The notes beneath the pieces were generated by a model, which worked only from the letters and a program-made list of their open reading frames with translations, was not told the DNA's origin and made no database searches. Made by a program: the position numbers and the translations under genes. Shown one piece after another: positions 1-13,770 of a stretch of 64,000 nt of DNA. The stretch's first letter is position 1. Every line of letters starts with the position of its first letter. The DNA is from Harriotta raleighana. Its lineage: Eukaryota. The stretch lies in assembly GCA_050575255.1 (NCBI GenBank), contig JBNZDD010013717.1:5567647-5631646 (forward strand), given 5' to 3'.

Positions 1-588
1 CATCACAACAGTGGCATTAAAACAATAATTCTTTTTTTTAGAAAAGGAAGTGAATAATCGGATTGTTATGCTTCCATGCCCTTCATTTCACAGCAATGAT
101 TTCTTCTGGCATATTGTTCATTGCTTAATGGAGCATGTTGACTCAAACCTTCCAAACCAGTTGTTGAAAAGCGCTCTTACGTTAGTGAAACACTGACTTG
201 AAAGGAAGAGGTTGATCGCTTTGCTGTACTCCTCAGTGTTTTGCCAGGTGTAACTGTACTTAGCTTGTCCATAGTATAATTTCATTGCTCACCATTCAAT
301 AAATCAGGAACATTCCTCAAAGGTTTTAACTGAAAACCTTTGCTGCTGCAGGCCTGGTGGCAAGATGTGCAAGTCACGTTCCAGGCCTCCTTGTGCTGAA
401 CTCTCTCAGTGCATTGGCTTTGTGTCAAGTGAAACTGCAAATGGAATTTAAAAGGGAAAAGAGTCAGCTGATCCGTGAAGGAGGAGGTCACAGGAAGTTT
501 TCCCACACCTCCGGACCAATTTATCTGGAATTTGTTGATCTTGAAATTCTTTTGAAATATGGTAAAATAACATCTCAACAAGAAAAGA

Positions 589-962
589 AACAACAACGAC
601 GACAATAAAATTACATTTATAGAGCGCCTTTCACATCGGAAGGACGTCTCAAGGTGCTGCTCAGTCAGGTCGGGACAGAAGCAGCACACAGCAGAGCACT
701 TAAATCCTGCTGGACAGAGCAGTGATTTACAACAACAACAAAATTACACTTGTATAGCGCCTTTCATGTCGGAGGATGTCCCAAAGCTCTGAACAGTCAG
801 GTCGGGATCCTAGCAAGGGGTAAAGGTCGTGAGTAGGGAGAGAGGGAAGGAGAGTGGGAGAGGGGGAAGAGTCGGTGGGGTGGGGGGGGGGGGGGGGGGG
901 NNNGGGGGGGGGGGGGGGGGGGGGGGTGAAGGCGCGGTTGAAGAAGAAGGTCTTGACTCGCA
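589..962 (-). mobile_element. Two adjacent L2 LINE 3'-end fragments (589-676 and 728-962)
   Basis: Reverse complement of the L2 tail 'gggacatcctccgacatgaaaggcgctatacaagtgtaattttgttgttg'. The second fragment reads 'VKTFFFNRAF' and contains a poly-G run with an N gap. Confidence 0.8.
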
Positions 963-2162
963 TAGTAGCCACTAATTTCCCAGAACAATCATTTTGGAAA
1001 CTCCATTCATTGTACTATTAACTGGAAAGTGAGTTTGAGATAAATACTGGATGGATTGTGGATGAGAGCCTGCCTGCCTCATGATTTGAGTATTGGCAGT
1101 AAGCTGTGTGTGTGGAGTGGGGGATGGGAGGGGGTGGAAGGGAATGAGAGAGAGAACAGAAAGGGATTAGGCATCATAGCCAGACATATCCATGTTCATT
1201 TGCTCATTCCAGCAGGGTTCGCTGAATGGCAATCAGGAGTGAGAGTACCCGCCAATTTTCCTGTTGCCTAGCTCGGGAGAATGAGGATAATTGCAGAGCC
1301 AACTGCTAGATCAATAGAGACCAGGAATCAAACTTGGAACCTTCCTGGTTGTATAGCTCACTCTCACATTGCATGTAATGCATTTAGCTTATGAACAAAC
1401 TCAACTAACACAGAAACACAGGAGGAGGCAATTCGGCCTCCAATCTTATCTCTTTTTCCTCAATCGCTCTTTTTAAGTAATCCCACTTTCAGCCTCTTTC
1501 CCCGTATTCCCCTACTACTTTTATTAATAACAAGTTATTATTGAAAGTCAAATTGGTTGCCACATACACCTACAAAATACAGTCACTACACTTTTCAGTG
1601 GAATTCTATGAAGTGCTTTGGGAAGTGAAAAGATGTGGAAAGTGCTATGTAAATGTAAGGATTATTATAATTGCAGGCAGTTAGTTCTGAGTGAGACAAT
1701 CCTCACAAGAGACTGTAACATGAGTGCCAATGGAGAATTTTCAGCTACTGTTTGAGCTCGCTTAGTAGTTTTCCAAAAGCTGTGAAGGATTAGAAAGACA
1801 AAACAATAAACCAAATTGCAGCTGAATCTGTGACCAAACTGTATTAATGAACAGCTACCTACACTGTACTAGAAACAGAGGGAAACAGGGAAATTGTAGG
1901 ATTTGACCCATTGACCTGCCCAGCCCAGTTTCCTACCATGATTAAGTAGCTCCTTATTATTTATACATTTGCATATATCAGATCTGAAATACTCAGGGGA
2001 TTCCACAGCCATGAGAAAACCACATTATAAAACTGTGCGTGCGTTGTTTTCCATAGTTTCCCTGTAAGTCTTTTAACACTTTATCCAAGTGCTACTTTAA
2101 ACATGTTTAAACAATTTTCTGCTGTTCTTTTCAATACGTTTAATTGGTAGACCAGCATGTAC

Positions 2163-2636
2163 CAACAGCAACAAATTACATTTGTATGGCATCTTGCACA
2201 TCAGGAGGACATCCCAAAATGCTGGACTGTGTGGGATTTGGACCAAAGCAGGGAGCTAGAATTAGGGGGTGGTGGTGTGGGGGAGAGCAGGGAAGGTAGA
2301 AGTCGGAGGATGTTCAAAGGCAAAGAGTCACAGAGGGTTTTGAGATCTGCATGGAAGGAGGAAAGGGAGGGGGCAAGACAAAGAGTCTATGGGATGCAGT
2401 TCCAACGGGTGGGTATAGAGAAGCTGAAGGCCCGATCGCCAATGGTGGAGCAGGTAGGAGCCTGGTGAGCGGAGAGAACAGACAGTTTGAAATGGGGTCA
2501 GCAGATCACGGAAGGAGCAAGGCCGTGGAGGCCCTTGAAGACAAGAATGAGGATTTTGAACTCTATCCTCTGAGGGATGGGAAGCCAGTGGAGACGGGTA
2601 AGGATGAGGGTGATGGGGTCACGGAGCTTGGGGTGT
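2163..2636 (-). mobile_element. L2 LINE 3' fragment
   Basis: Minus ORF 'PITLILTRLHWLPIPQRIEFKILILVFKGLHGLAP' is the L2 ORF2 C-terminal motif. A (TTG)n-like tail lies at 2163-2230. Confidence 0.9.
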
Positions 2637-5600
2637 TTTCTGAAATTGGTATTGGGGAAGCTGTTGAGAAGTGTAGGGCTATTTCCCACACATCCTCTAG
2701 GTAATTCACATTCAATATTTTGTGATATATTCATTTATTCTGCAAGGCAGACTCCAGTTAGTGTACATGATGCAGACCATCGAAACTGAGGCATTGCTCT
2801 GCACAATTTGCAGTAATTTTTAGAGGAGTTGTTAATATAGACTCTAAATCACAAATAAAGAAAACTATCACTAGCCATAAGAGCATTGAGCTGACTCATA
2901 GAAAGCACAATGTAACACACATTGGAGTAGTTCCCAAACATTGATGTTTACTGGCAATTTGAAAGAAAACTTCTAATTAGAGCATTTTATCAGATTGAAA
3001 GATCTGAAAGTACTTCACAGGCAATTGCTATCCAGTACAGTGACTGTTTGTGGTTATGTGTGTAAACACAGCAGTAAGGTAACACAAACAACCATAAGGT
3101 ACTGCACTCGAGTGCATTGTAGCAGAGTTCCTGTAAGTCAGTGTAACATCTTTTACTAGAAATGGAAGCTCCCACTTGTTATGTTATTGTATGTAGTATA
3201 CAGTATAGTATACAGAACTACACAATACAATAATCCACCTTATTTCTAACTTGTTTTCATTGAGCTTTTTTGTTACAGATAAAATCCATGTCAAAACCCT
3301 TNATGTATGTAGTATACAGTATAGTATACAGAAATACACAATACAATAATCCACCTTATTTCTAACATGTTTTCATTGAGCTTTTTTGTTACAGATAAAA
3401 TCCATGTCAAAACCCTTGATTTATATCATAGCTTTGTTCTGAATATGCAAGAGTAGAACAATATTATCATACAATTCAAATTAAATTTATATAACACATC
3501 AAAAGTGCTCAACAACGTTGCTGGTCACCTGATATTGCACCACAGTAGTCATGTGTAAAAGCAATGAGGCAGCTTCATGTCACAATATAGATGCAGCTTT
3601 GCATCTTCCGCTTCTTCATACAAAAGTTACTCTTTGTGCAATGAAATGAAACATCTGTTGGAGATACTGCAGCACAGCATGAATTCAGCGTAAACAATAC
3701 AGATACTTTCAGCCCCAAAAGCCAAACAGGATAAAGATCAATGGCATAAAATCAAAGTTCTTCTTGGGCTTGGAAAGGAAAATAATAATAATCCTTGCAT
3801 TTGATATAGTGCCTCATCAAGTCTTCGCTATGTCTCAAAGCACTTCACAGAATATACAGTAAAATCGATTGATCGCACATTTGTTGGGTGAAATGCAGAA
3901 GCCAATGGCGGACAGCAATGTCCCTGAAACTGTCGTGAATTAAGTGACCATTTTTTGTTTCTAATGGATAGTGATCAGAAGTGGCAGCTCCAGTGATTTT
4001 CTCTCATTTAAGCTTGGGAGGCTGAGACCAAATACAGCCTCAACCATTATCCTGTCTGAGATCAGCAAACTCAATGAAGGTAGGGAATTAAACCAGATTA
4101 TTTTAATGCAAAAAAGTACAGTTAATACTACATGAATATAGCCGAGCAGCAACTGTTCACTTTTTGTTCATTCATTTTAGAGATTTGGGGGAATCAGTTC
4201 TCTTTTGTTTCTCTTTGTATCTCATATCCACACCTTTGTTGTTGTAAAAGAAGTGAGCTGTAACATGGATTCCCCCTCTCCATCAATTTTCCTTCCCTTC
4301 TCAAGTAGCCTTGCCGATTGTTAAGACTGACAAATGTCACTTTCTGACAAAACGAGACTGAAGTTTCTCATTGCCTGAAACCCATCAAGTCACTTCATAC
4401 CCCTTCACTCGTGTCTTTTTTTTGCCACCTCTGCTAAAGGTTCGGACCAGTACTGGGATACATTTTCATGGGAGCCCTTTATTGTCTTGTAAAGTGATCA
4501 TTCTTCAAAATTGGCCAAGTCTTCAATGTTTTCAACTATGGGTGGCGGGGGTTGGGGTTTGGATGGAGGAGGAAAGTGATGATGATGATGGGGGAGGAGC
4601 CCACATTGTTGAGGCTTAATGGAATGCCTTTCTGCAGCCCTGGATAAAACCATCTGCTTGTTCTAGTGGATATTAAAGATCCCAAGGAATTGTTCGAAAA
4701 GAGAAGGAGTTTCTCTCAGCAGCCTGGCTAAAGATCCTTCAGAAAAATTGGTCATTCATTTTGTGACTAATTGTGAAATGACTAATTCTGGGTGCAAATT
4801 TGTTGGCACATATGCCTAAAAATACACAGTCCCAATGCTTCACAGCAATTCCCTTTAGAACATTTTGAAAAGCTACAATATATAGAAGTTATATCAAATA
4901 CATAGATTATTATATCAGATAACAGATCAAACCTGCTATCATCCGGGCTGGATGAGTTCAATTTCATAATGGGCAGCACTTTTATCTGCTGATTCCTTCT
5001 TAACTTTAAATATATTTTACCATATCAGTAAAACTTGCGTAAATAAGCCAACTGAACTATCAGTGCTGAAAGCTAATGAAACACGCTGTACAGTATTGTT
5101 ACTATAACTGTAAAAGATGCATTGTTCACACAAATGTTTGACTATAATCTAAATAGTGCAGCAAGCAATACATACTGCATTCTTTTATCTCGTTATTCAT
5201 TGTATTTTCTCAGAAACATGGGAAACTTGGATAGCTTTGACTGCTAAATGAATGGCAGCTTTGTGATAAACGTGCAATGCAGCAACTGGTCAACGTGAAT
5301 GTGAGTCTGCAGTGGCTTTGTTCCCAGGGTTTCACTGTCTGTAAGCAACTTGAACAGGTGGCTTTCCAAAACCATTCCTGTTCGTAATGCATTTGATGTG
5401 TTTGTTTACACCACAATCTCCTGAGACTTCCTCTTCAGAAACCCGTCCGTCTGTGACCATTCCAGGAAGAGTGATCTGATTATTCTCCGGAGTGGAGGGG
5501 ATGAGAATCATTATGAACCGGAAATTTTACTGTAATTGCTGTATGTCTATAATTAAATCAGTTCAAAGCAAGCGCTTCAAATCACTCTAAGGTGTGTGTG

Positions 5601-6211
5601 TGTGTATACAGTCTAAGATATACAAGTTATTATTCAGCCAATTTTTGATGTGGAAATATCCAATTTACACTTTTAATGAGACCAGAACACCCACACTGAA
5701 AATGTAGAGATATAGGTCTCTGCAGTGTTGAGGTTAAACTCTGAGACTGTATGGAAGAATGGCAAGTGATATTTTCGCTTAGATTTTGGAGCACAGCCAA
5801 ATATCATTTGCTGTTCTTCTTGTAACATTTACAAGTCACAGCACAGAAGGGGCCACTTGGACTATTTAGTTTATGCTGGTGCTTATTTGTCCACTAGTAT
5901 TACCTGCTCTAATTCAGTTTCCCTGTTTTTTCTACCTTACCTTCAATATTATTTTCCCAAATATTTATCCGATTCCATTTTGAATTCTGTTGTGGAATCA
6001 ACTTCAAGTCATTTATGGTAAAGCATTCTACATTATAACAATGTGTGTATAAAAATGTATATAAAAATCGCCTAACTTCATTTTATTATCGTTTTGTAAT
6101 AATCTTGAAAGTTTGAGGAAGTACACTTGGGGTGGAAGAATAATCATTTGGAGCATGTTCTTAATGGAGAAGCTTCAGAAGGGGTAGATGAACAGAGAGA
6201 TTTAGGTACTG

Positions 6212-6995
6212 GCAGCATCACCATCCAAGGCTGCACGCAGCTCCATCTCTCAAAGCCAGTTAGGAACCTGGATGACTTGTTGAACCCTGAATTGTCCTTC
6301 CTTCCCCACATCCTCTCCATGAGCAGCACTGCCTTCCACCACCACCGTAACATTGCCGGACTCCGCCATTCCCTCACCCTTCAGGCTGCCAAAACCCTTG
6401 TCCATGCAGTCGTCACATCAAGGCTGTGGAAACTCCCTCCTCATCGGCCTTCCCAGCTCTTCTCCTCACAAGTTGCAGATCATCCAGAACTTTGCAGCTC
6501 ATATCCCCTCCCCCACCAAGCTCCGCGAACACGTCACTCCCACCCTCGCCTGACTCCATTAGCTCCCCATCCCCCAGAGGATTGCATTCAAGATTGTTGT
6601 CCTCACTTTCATGGCCATTCACAGCCTTGCCCTCGCCTATCTCTCTGACCTGCTGACTCCTTATGAACTGCCTGCCTCCTTCATTCAGCGGACTCCGGTC
6701 TGCTCCATGTTCCCCGCCCGACCCGCCCTAACATCGGTGGATGGGCTTTTACCCTCTGCCCCACACTCTGGAACTCCATCCCACAGTCCATTCATCTTGC
6801 TTCCTCTCTTGTCTCCTTCAAGGCTGTTCTTAAGACCTTCCTCTTCGATCGTGCCTTCTGCTGTCCTCCCATTCCTCTCTCTCTGCCCCTTACCCTGCCC
6901 CTCCCTCTTGCTTGGGTCCCAACCTGACTGTTCAGTGCATTGGGACATCCTCCCAACGTGAAAGGCACTCTAGAAATGTAAATTTGTTGATGTTG
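6212..6995 (+). mobile_element. L2 LINE 3' fragment
   Basis: Frameshifted 'VRNLDDLLNPELSFLPHI...AKTLVHAVVTSRL' and 'KLQIIQNFAAH', followed by an L2 tail at 6935-6995. Confidence 0.9.
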
Positions 6996-7009
6996 TAGGG
7001 CCAAGTTCA

Positions 7010-7350
7010 TAGATCATTAAAATCTAACTCGCAAGTAAATAAAGCAGTCAATATGGCTAAAGGGGAGCTAGGATTTTTACAAGAGATCTGGATGTAAAAT
7101 TATGGAGATGGTTTTTCAGACTCCATTTGTGCTCAGTTTGGTGCACCAAATTTTAGAAAGAGAATATTAATCTTTTAATGTCTGTTCAGCAATGCAATTC
7201 AATTAATGAATACCCGACTGAAGGGCTTCAGCTCTGATGAATACTGGATAAACTAGGATTATAGATAAAGCAAATTAAGGGGCAATTAGACTGAGGTATT
7301 TAAGAAAAATTAAAAGAGTTGATAGGTGGTGGACAACTCTTCCCAAATGT
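7010..7350 (+). mobile_element. Decayed CR1 LINE ORF2 3' fragment
   Basis: Resembles the CR1 C-terminal coding region (KA..G.LG; CVQFW-like 'tgtgctcagtttggtgcacc'; 'ttaaggggcaattagactgaggtatttaag'). Confidence 0.55.
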
Positions 7351-7823
7351 TATATAAAATGCAATGATTATTATTATGATTATTATTATATCTCCCCAGA
7401 AATCCATATAGGAAGAATTAATAGAAATATTTAAAATCTATTCCAATCTTTTGTGGGAATTTTCTATAGCTATAGCTAATGCCTTAATTTGGCAATAGAT
7501 TTGATATACTTTATAGTTTGGTTTTTACAAGAGGAGGACAGTATTGTTAAGTGGTGTATTTGTTTACTTTTTAGCTTTTTTATAGAAATATTTTTAATAT
7601 TCATACAGTGTGAGATAATTTACTCTGGGGAATATAGGATGGTTTTTGTTATTTTGAGCACTCCCAGAACATGAACTACATAGATTAAAAATCTCAACGT
7701 TTTCCCTGATAATGAAGTCAAACACAAGATACGGTGCTGGCAAACAGCAATATATCATGGTCAGCGCTTGGCATCCCAAGTTGGAAATGCTGGAGATTGA
7801 TTGCAAGTTTCCTATGCATCCAA

Positions 7824-8213
7824 GAACAACAACAAAATTACACTTGTTTAGCGCCTTTCACGTCGGGAGGACGTCCCAAAGCGCTGAACTGTCAGGTCGG
7901 GACCTGAGCAGGGGGGGAGGGGGGGAAGGAGAGTGGGAGAGGAGGAAGAGTCAGGCGGGGAGCCGAAGGCACAGTCGAAGAGGAAGGTCTTGAGACCGGC
8001 CTTGAAGGAGGAAAGGGAGGAAGCAAGGCAGAGGGACTGCGGGATGGAGTTCCAGAGTGTGGGGGCAGAGAGGCTGAAAGTCCGGCCACCGATGGTTGGG
8101 CAGTTAGGGCGGTGGACGCGGAGCAGGCCTGAATCTGCTGAACGGAGGTTGCGAACAGGCTGATAGAGAGACAGCAGGTCAGAGAGATAGGTGGGGGCAA
8201 GGCCGTGCTTGCC
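7824..8213 (-). mobile_element. L2 LINE 3' fragment (relatively young, CpGs retained)
   Basis: ORF 'HGLAPTYLSDLL...GGRTFSLSAPTLWNSIP...FKAGLKTFLF' with an intact tail at 7824-7895. Confidence 0.92.
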
Positions 8214-8412
8214 TCCATTCAAGAGGCTGCATATCCCTGTTGTATTCAGATTTGATTTTCACTGTTTTCCAAGTATTTCTTGTAACAGATAGTTTGTAAA
8301 CACAGAATCTGTATCTGTATCTACAAACCTAGAACCTGTATCCCTGTCAAACCTGGAAGAAATTTTAAAGTTGCACCTTGTTGCTGAAATGAGGGCTGGT
8401 CTGTAATTCACA

Positions 8413-9165
8413 CAACAATAGCAACAACAAAATTACTTTTGTATAGCAGCTTTCACGTCAGGAGGACGTCCCAAAGTGCTGGACAATCAGTGTTTCGGAC
8501 TCGAGCTAGGTCTGGATTGGAGACGGTGGAAGAAAGGAGGGGAAGTGGGGGTGACTTTAGGCACGGTTGAAGAAGAGGATCTTGAGATGGGACGTAAAGG
8601 AGACTAGGGAGGGGGCGAGGCAGAGGCATTGCGGGATGGAATTTCACAGGTTGTGGCAGAGTATCTAAAGACTCGTCCGCCAATGGTGGGGTGGGTGGGT
8701 CAGGGGACGTGGAACAGACAGGGTGGAGGGAGCAGGCAGCTTGTTAGGGGACTAGAAGGTCGCAGTGGTAAGCTGGGTCAAGGCTATGAAGGGACTTTAA
8801 AAGTGATGGGAAGCCAGTGGAGTCGGGCAAGAATCGGGGTGAAAAGTTTGCAGAGCCTGATGCGGGTGAGGACAGAGGCTGCAGAGTTCTGCATGATCTG
8901 CAGCCTATGGAGCGAGGAATTAGGGAAGTTGACAAGCAGGGTGTTGTCATAGTGAAACCTGGATATAATACAGGTATGATTGAGAGTTTTAGCTGCCTGA
9001 GTTGTAAAGTAGTAGCAGAGTCGGGCAATATTGCAGAGGTGAGGGAAGCCAGAGTGGGTTATGGCATGGATATCGGGAAGAAGGAGGCAGAGAGAGCCTC
9101 GTCGCAGATGTTCAGAATGTCATTAGAGACTTTGACCAGGACTGTTTCCGTGTATTGGGCAGCAC
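8413..9165 (-). mobile_element. L2 LINE fragment with internal deletions
   Basis: L2 tail at 8413-8490. ORF2 remnants include 'LQIMQNSAA' and, near 9130-9165, 'AAQYTETVLVKV'. Confidence 0.85.
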
Positions 9166-9944
9166 GTGTAGAACTCGAGGTAACACTGCCCTCACTCACA
9201 TCAATAACGATCCATACTGACATGACTCATTGCTGAATTCTCTTCCAATTGTGGCTATTAGTATACAGACCAGAAGCATTTATTTATACAAAAATGTAAT
9301 ATTTGTACAGAAGTCACAAATAGCTATTTTTTTTTACCAGCAGCAAAGGTCGACCCACAGGAACTCCACTCTTAAGAAAATCTATTTTGAAGGGAACTGT
9401 TGCAGTCACTATTTGCTACTCCCATTACAAATATTGCATTTTAGACTCCAATGTGGTTCTGAGAATCCCTTTGGCAGGTCATTTATCCTTTGAAAGCAGT
9501 GCAGTATGTTAGTTGAAAGTTCCTTTTAAAATACACCATTGTCTCTGGGAATTGAGTCTCTGTGGGAATCAGGCATGTGTTGACAGGAAGGTCCAGGGGG
9601 AATTGTGTGTGTGGACGTTGTTAAGTGTTGGCGAGTCTGATTTGGAGTGGAGTCTGATCCGTCAAGATGACAACTGGGGAACAGTTTCAGTACGTGTCTG
9701 AGCTGATGTGAGTGCTGCTGCCTATAAAGTCTCATCTGCCTTTAACATCAGATGAAAAATATAGATCCTGTGCTGTTATTTGAAACGAGAAGGAAGTTTC
9801 TCCCAGTACCGGCAAATCATGTTTCCGATTATGTGTTCGTTCACCTCTTGGTTGTTTATATGACATTTCTGTACACCAACTGACTTCCTATTTGCAGAGA
9901 TCATTTTGGTTGTGATGCAGAGACCCCAGCAGAGTGAGCTGAGA

Positions 9945-10235
9945 ACAACAACAACAATAACACGGACCGATATAACACCCTCCACACGGGGCAGTGTCTC
10001 AGAACACTTAACAATGTGGACCCCGACTACGAGCCGGGGTGGGGGCAGAGGTGACTGTAAGCGCAATCAAGAAGGAAGGTTTTAATACAGGACTTGAAAA
10101 ATGGGAGAGAGGGAGCAAGGAGGAGGGATTGAGGGGCAGTGCTCAAAGTTTCAGGGCTTAGTGGCTGGAAGTGCAACCTCCAATAGTGGAGAGGAGGGTG
10201 CGAGGGACAAGTAGGAGGCTGTTGGGGGAACAGAG
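9945..10235 (-). mobile_element. L2 LINE 3' fragment, second tail subtype
   Basis: Tail reverse complement 'gtgttctgagacactgccccgtgtggagggtgttata...gttgttgtt' and the peptide 'FKSCIKTFLL'. Confidence 0.75.
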
Positions 10236-11647
10236 TAAGGTGGGAACACAGCAAGACATCTAGTTCAGGAATTTGTTGAGAGTGGGAATTCACCACCAAG
10301 GAGGTGGAAGGAGGGGCTACTTGTTTACAAAACAGTCACTACACTTTACAGTAATTAGCTATAAAGTGCTTTGAGACATTTCAGTTATATAAGCATACCA
10401 TCAGTTGCAAATGTTATTATGTTTTATGTGAGCTAAACTAATAGGACATGAAAATCCTCCTACTGAGGTTGTGAGGCAGTGTGCAGGATGGTATTGAACC
10501 TCTGGCTGAGAGGCAGCCATGTCTCCCAATCTCAGAGCCAGGAACAGGATATATGATGCCGAAAGCATCTGGCCTGTTATTTTCCAGTGCCCTGATATTT
10601 GGAGACTTGGGTTTGACTTAGCTCCTGTAGAAAGGGTTAATGAAGTAATATCTGTCATTTGGTTTTGGAATTCAGTCTGAGTTCCTATCAAACATCTGTT
10701 ATTTTTAATTACTTAAAATCATTTTTAAAGATACCATTACAGTGAGATCTTTCAAAAATGTATCTTACGACCCTATTCAGATTTAATTATATCCTTGCCT
10801 CACATATCAAACAAGCCTATTCCATGTTTGGTTTCCTGTAAAGTACTGTTCAGAGACATACAGAGACAAAATGCTCAGAATGCAGGCTTTTTAAAAAATG
10901 TTTGCATGTCTGGGACTCAGGGCGAACTATTCCTTTATGGTTATTGCATATCAAAGTCACCCGAGGCAGTGAACATGCAGGAATGCTACGGAGAAAGGTT
11001 CGGAACTAGTTCCCAGACAAGGGGAAAATCTCCCCAGAGAGCAGAAGTGAACAACTCTTTGATTAAATGGATTCAGGGGCTTAACCAAGTGTAAGATGTT
11101 TATCCCGTTTAGGGGCATGTCATTCTTGCAGTTTACGATTCCCATAGTCAGTGTATTGGCGCTGCACCACACTCCATCGTATGAGAATAGCAGATTCCTC
11201 CTAACATGGAAAAACACAGGTAAACATGACAAAATATCTGCCCCATTGAAACATCCAATCACCTCACTGTTGGAAAGCTGCCACAAGCTTGGACTGCCAC
11301 TCACATATTACAGATTACATTAAATAATGAAACTGAGAGCAAGAATTCTCTCTGCGTTCGTGTAAATCCTGCAAATGTTTATGAATAAAGTGATATTAGT
11401 TTGACAAGCAGCTTTTAACTTGCCACTGCTTGCAACTGTAAGATGCAGAGTTTCATCCAGTTAAACAAGCAGTGGAAAGCTTGCCAGGTATACTGCTCTC
11501 AATGGCAAACTATGCACTTTTAGATAGTTAAACTCCTCTTGCCAATCTGAAACTAAAGTTTCTGATATTGGTATCGTGGGTCCCAATAAGGAAAGAATGC
11601 ACATTCCAGTCAAAGGCAAATTTGAAGTGCATATGTAGAATTGTTTT

Positions 11648-12062
11648 GGTTAGATGTCTGACACATGTGGAAACCCATCACCATACTTAAGTATCCAAAC
11701 AAGACTGAGAATCCCATATACTGTATATAAACCACCTACACATGGAACTGACTCTGTGTCTACAATGGAATCACATGCTCTCCCTGTAGGGATGCATTCT
11801 GCTGACCCAACTCCAAAGAGTATGCGAAGCAGATTGGCGAGAGCCAATCTTTGTAAACCCAGAGTGTGCGTTTGGGTACCGCTGGAGTCTAACCAGTTAA
11901 AAACTGCATAATCTGCTACTGATATGTTTGTCCAGCTAGTTCAATTAGGGCTACCCAGTAGGTATATGGCTTGCAGAGTCAACAGGAACTGAGTGGGGAA
12001 AATCACTATGCCAATATGCCCCTTCAGTTCCTGTGGATGAACCAGGGTAGCTGGTCTATCAT
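11648..12062 (+). repeat. Unclassified ancient dispersed repeat (~420 bp), copy 1
   Basis: Collinear similarity to 14849-15260 (e.g. 'ccagagtgtgcgtttg.gtac.gct.gagtctaaccagtt', 'tatggcttgcagagt.aacag') and to pieces at 19809-21050. Confidence 0.75.
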
Positions 12063-12379
12063 TCACATGTAGAACTCTAGATATTTTTTATTTCTTCAGT
12101 ATTTTATTGGGACCTCCTCCCAACGTGAAAGACACTATACAAATGTAATTTTTGTTGTTGTTGTTGTAATTGACTTCAGCATATATCAGATACCCAGTCA
12201 ATTTAAAATAAAAATGTGTTGATTGTTTCTGCTGAAACTCCTCTACCAGGCGATAATAAATCTTAGCAACAATGCTTTCCAACAGCTTGTATCAGATCAC
12301 TGTATTTCACAGATATGATTCAAATCCTATGCTGGTGAGTACTTACATTTAACAATCTAAATAGGGCTTTTTTTTCTTG

Positions 12380-12700
12380 CTCTCGTAATTTTTTCTGCAA
12401 TTTTTTCATTCCTTCTCCTCTCATGAAAGCATTTGCCTTTTTTATTTCCTTGTACTGTGGTAGGTTCCGAACTGTTAATCACCCTTCAATGACTAGTCTA
12501 AGCACTATTATTTAAGTGTGAGATTTGACAGTCATGCTGGTAGGCTTTTCAACCTCCCTAACCCAGGGACATGGAGACCAATTGAAGGCCTAACTATTGC
12601 CATGGCTGAGATGAGCCAACTCAGCACAGACTGGGAATCAAACTCATGACAGTCTGTGTGGTCTGGTGCTGCCTCATGTAGTGTCTTTCACACATACTGT
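12380..12700 (-). mobile_element. Old SINE-like repeat (same family as 24190-24530)
   Basis: Reverse complement shares 'gtctgtgctgagttggctcatctcagcc' with the copies at 24.2 kb and 36.3 kb. Confidence 0.55.
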
Positions 12701-12835
12701 ATATGGTTGAAGAAGTGAGTGTTCTGCTGATATGTATTTTAAAAAACACACAGAAATAGAAACTGAAGAGTTTAACAGCATGTTATTCCTTTCAAAAAAA
12801 GTAGCAGCCATAGCAACAGATTTGGAAACAGCTAA

Positions 12836-13770
12836 AACAACAAAAACAATTTACATTTATATTGCATCATTCACATTGGGAAAATGTCCTAAAGTGCCTC
12901 TCATTGCTAATTGGGAGCCCAAGCTGGGAGAAGCTGTCGAAGAGAAGGTCTTGAGGCTGTGTTTAAATTTGGGAGAGTGGAAATAAGGTGGAGGGAATCT
13001 GGGATGGAGTTTCAGAGAGTGATGCACAGTGTGGAAAGCATGCCCAGCAATCGTGGGGCAGATTGAGTAGTGAACATGAAACAGTTGGGCGTTTGCTGAA
13101 CAGAAGTAGTTGCCGGGGCAAGAAGATCGCATTTAGTCACAGAGCTAGGGTTGCATGATGTAGTGGGGGGGATTTAAAAATGAGGATCTTGAATTTAATC
13201 TGTTGAGTGAATGGGGAGCTATTGGAGCTGAGTGAAGATGGGGTGAAGGGGTGTGGAGGCTGGTGCAGGAAAAGATATGGACTCTAGAGTTCTGTAGCTT
13301 GTGTAGGGAGGAGCTGGGGAGTCTGGCGAGAAGTGTAATTGAATCTCGAATTGAACTGGATGAATGCCATGAATGGGAGAACAGTGGCTGCAGAATTCCA
13401 AATAGTCTGCAGATATTAGGGAGGAGTCCAGTGTTCAAAGCGCTGGAATAATCAAGCTTGGAAGGGATGGGATGGATGAGGACTCATCAACCCAGGTAGG
13501 TGTGGGGGATTGGGGGCAGGAAGCCAGGGTTTGAAGCAGGCAATACTGTGGAGATAAGAGAAGTCTGATCTAGTGAGAACCCAGATATATGGTTTGAAGG
13601 ATACATTCAGCGATTCTGTACCTGTTACGGGAGGTGGAATGAGCACCCGTGCGGTTTGTTGTGACAAACGCTTGAGATGGGGAGACACTGACAGAAGCCA
13701 AGCAGCAGAGCCTCAACCTTGCCAATTGCAGAAAGTTAGAACTATCCAGGGATTGATGCAAGAAATAACA
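12836..13770 (-). mobile_element. Decayed L2 LINE fragment
   Basis: Tail at 12836-12900, with peptides 'PSSSLHKLQNS' and 'FKHSLKTF'. The upstream part reads 'NFLQL'. Confidence 0.75.

Noticed and set aside
878-926. Long poly-G / G-quadruplex
   Set aside because: The run contains Ns, lies in an L2 3' purine tract and has unreliable length.
3189-3417. Tandem duplications flanking single Ns (also at 19388, 19524, 25484, 55809, 57276, 57793, 58251)
   Set aside because: Each duplicate abuts an N and differs by only a few bases. This is typical of uncollapsed allelic contig overlaps, not real tandem repeats.
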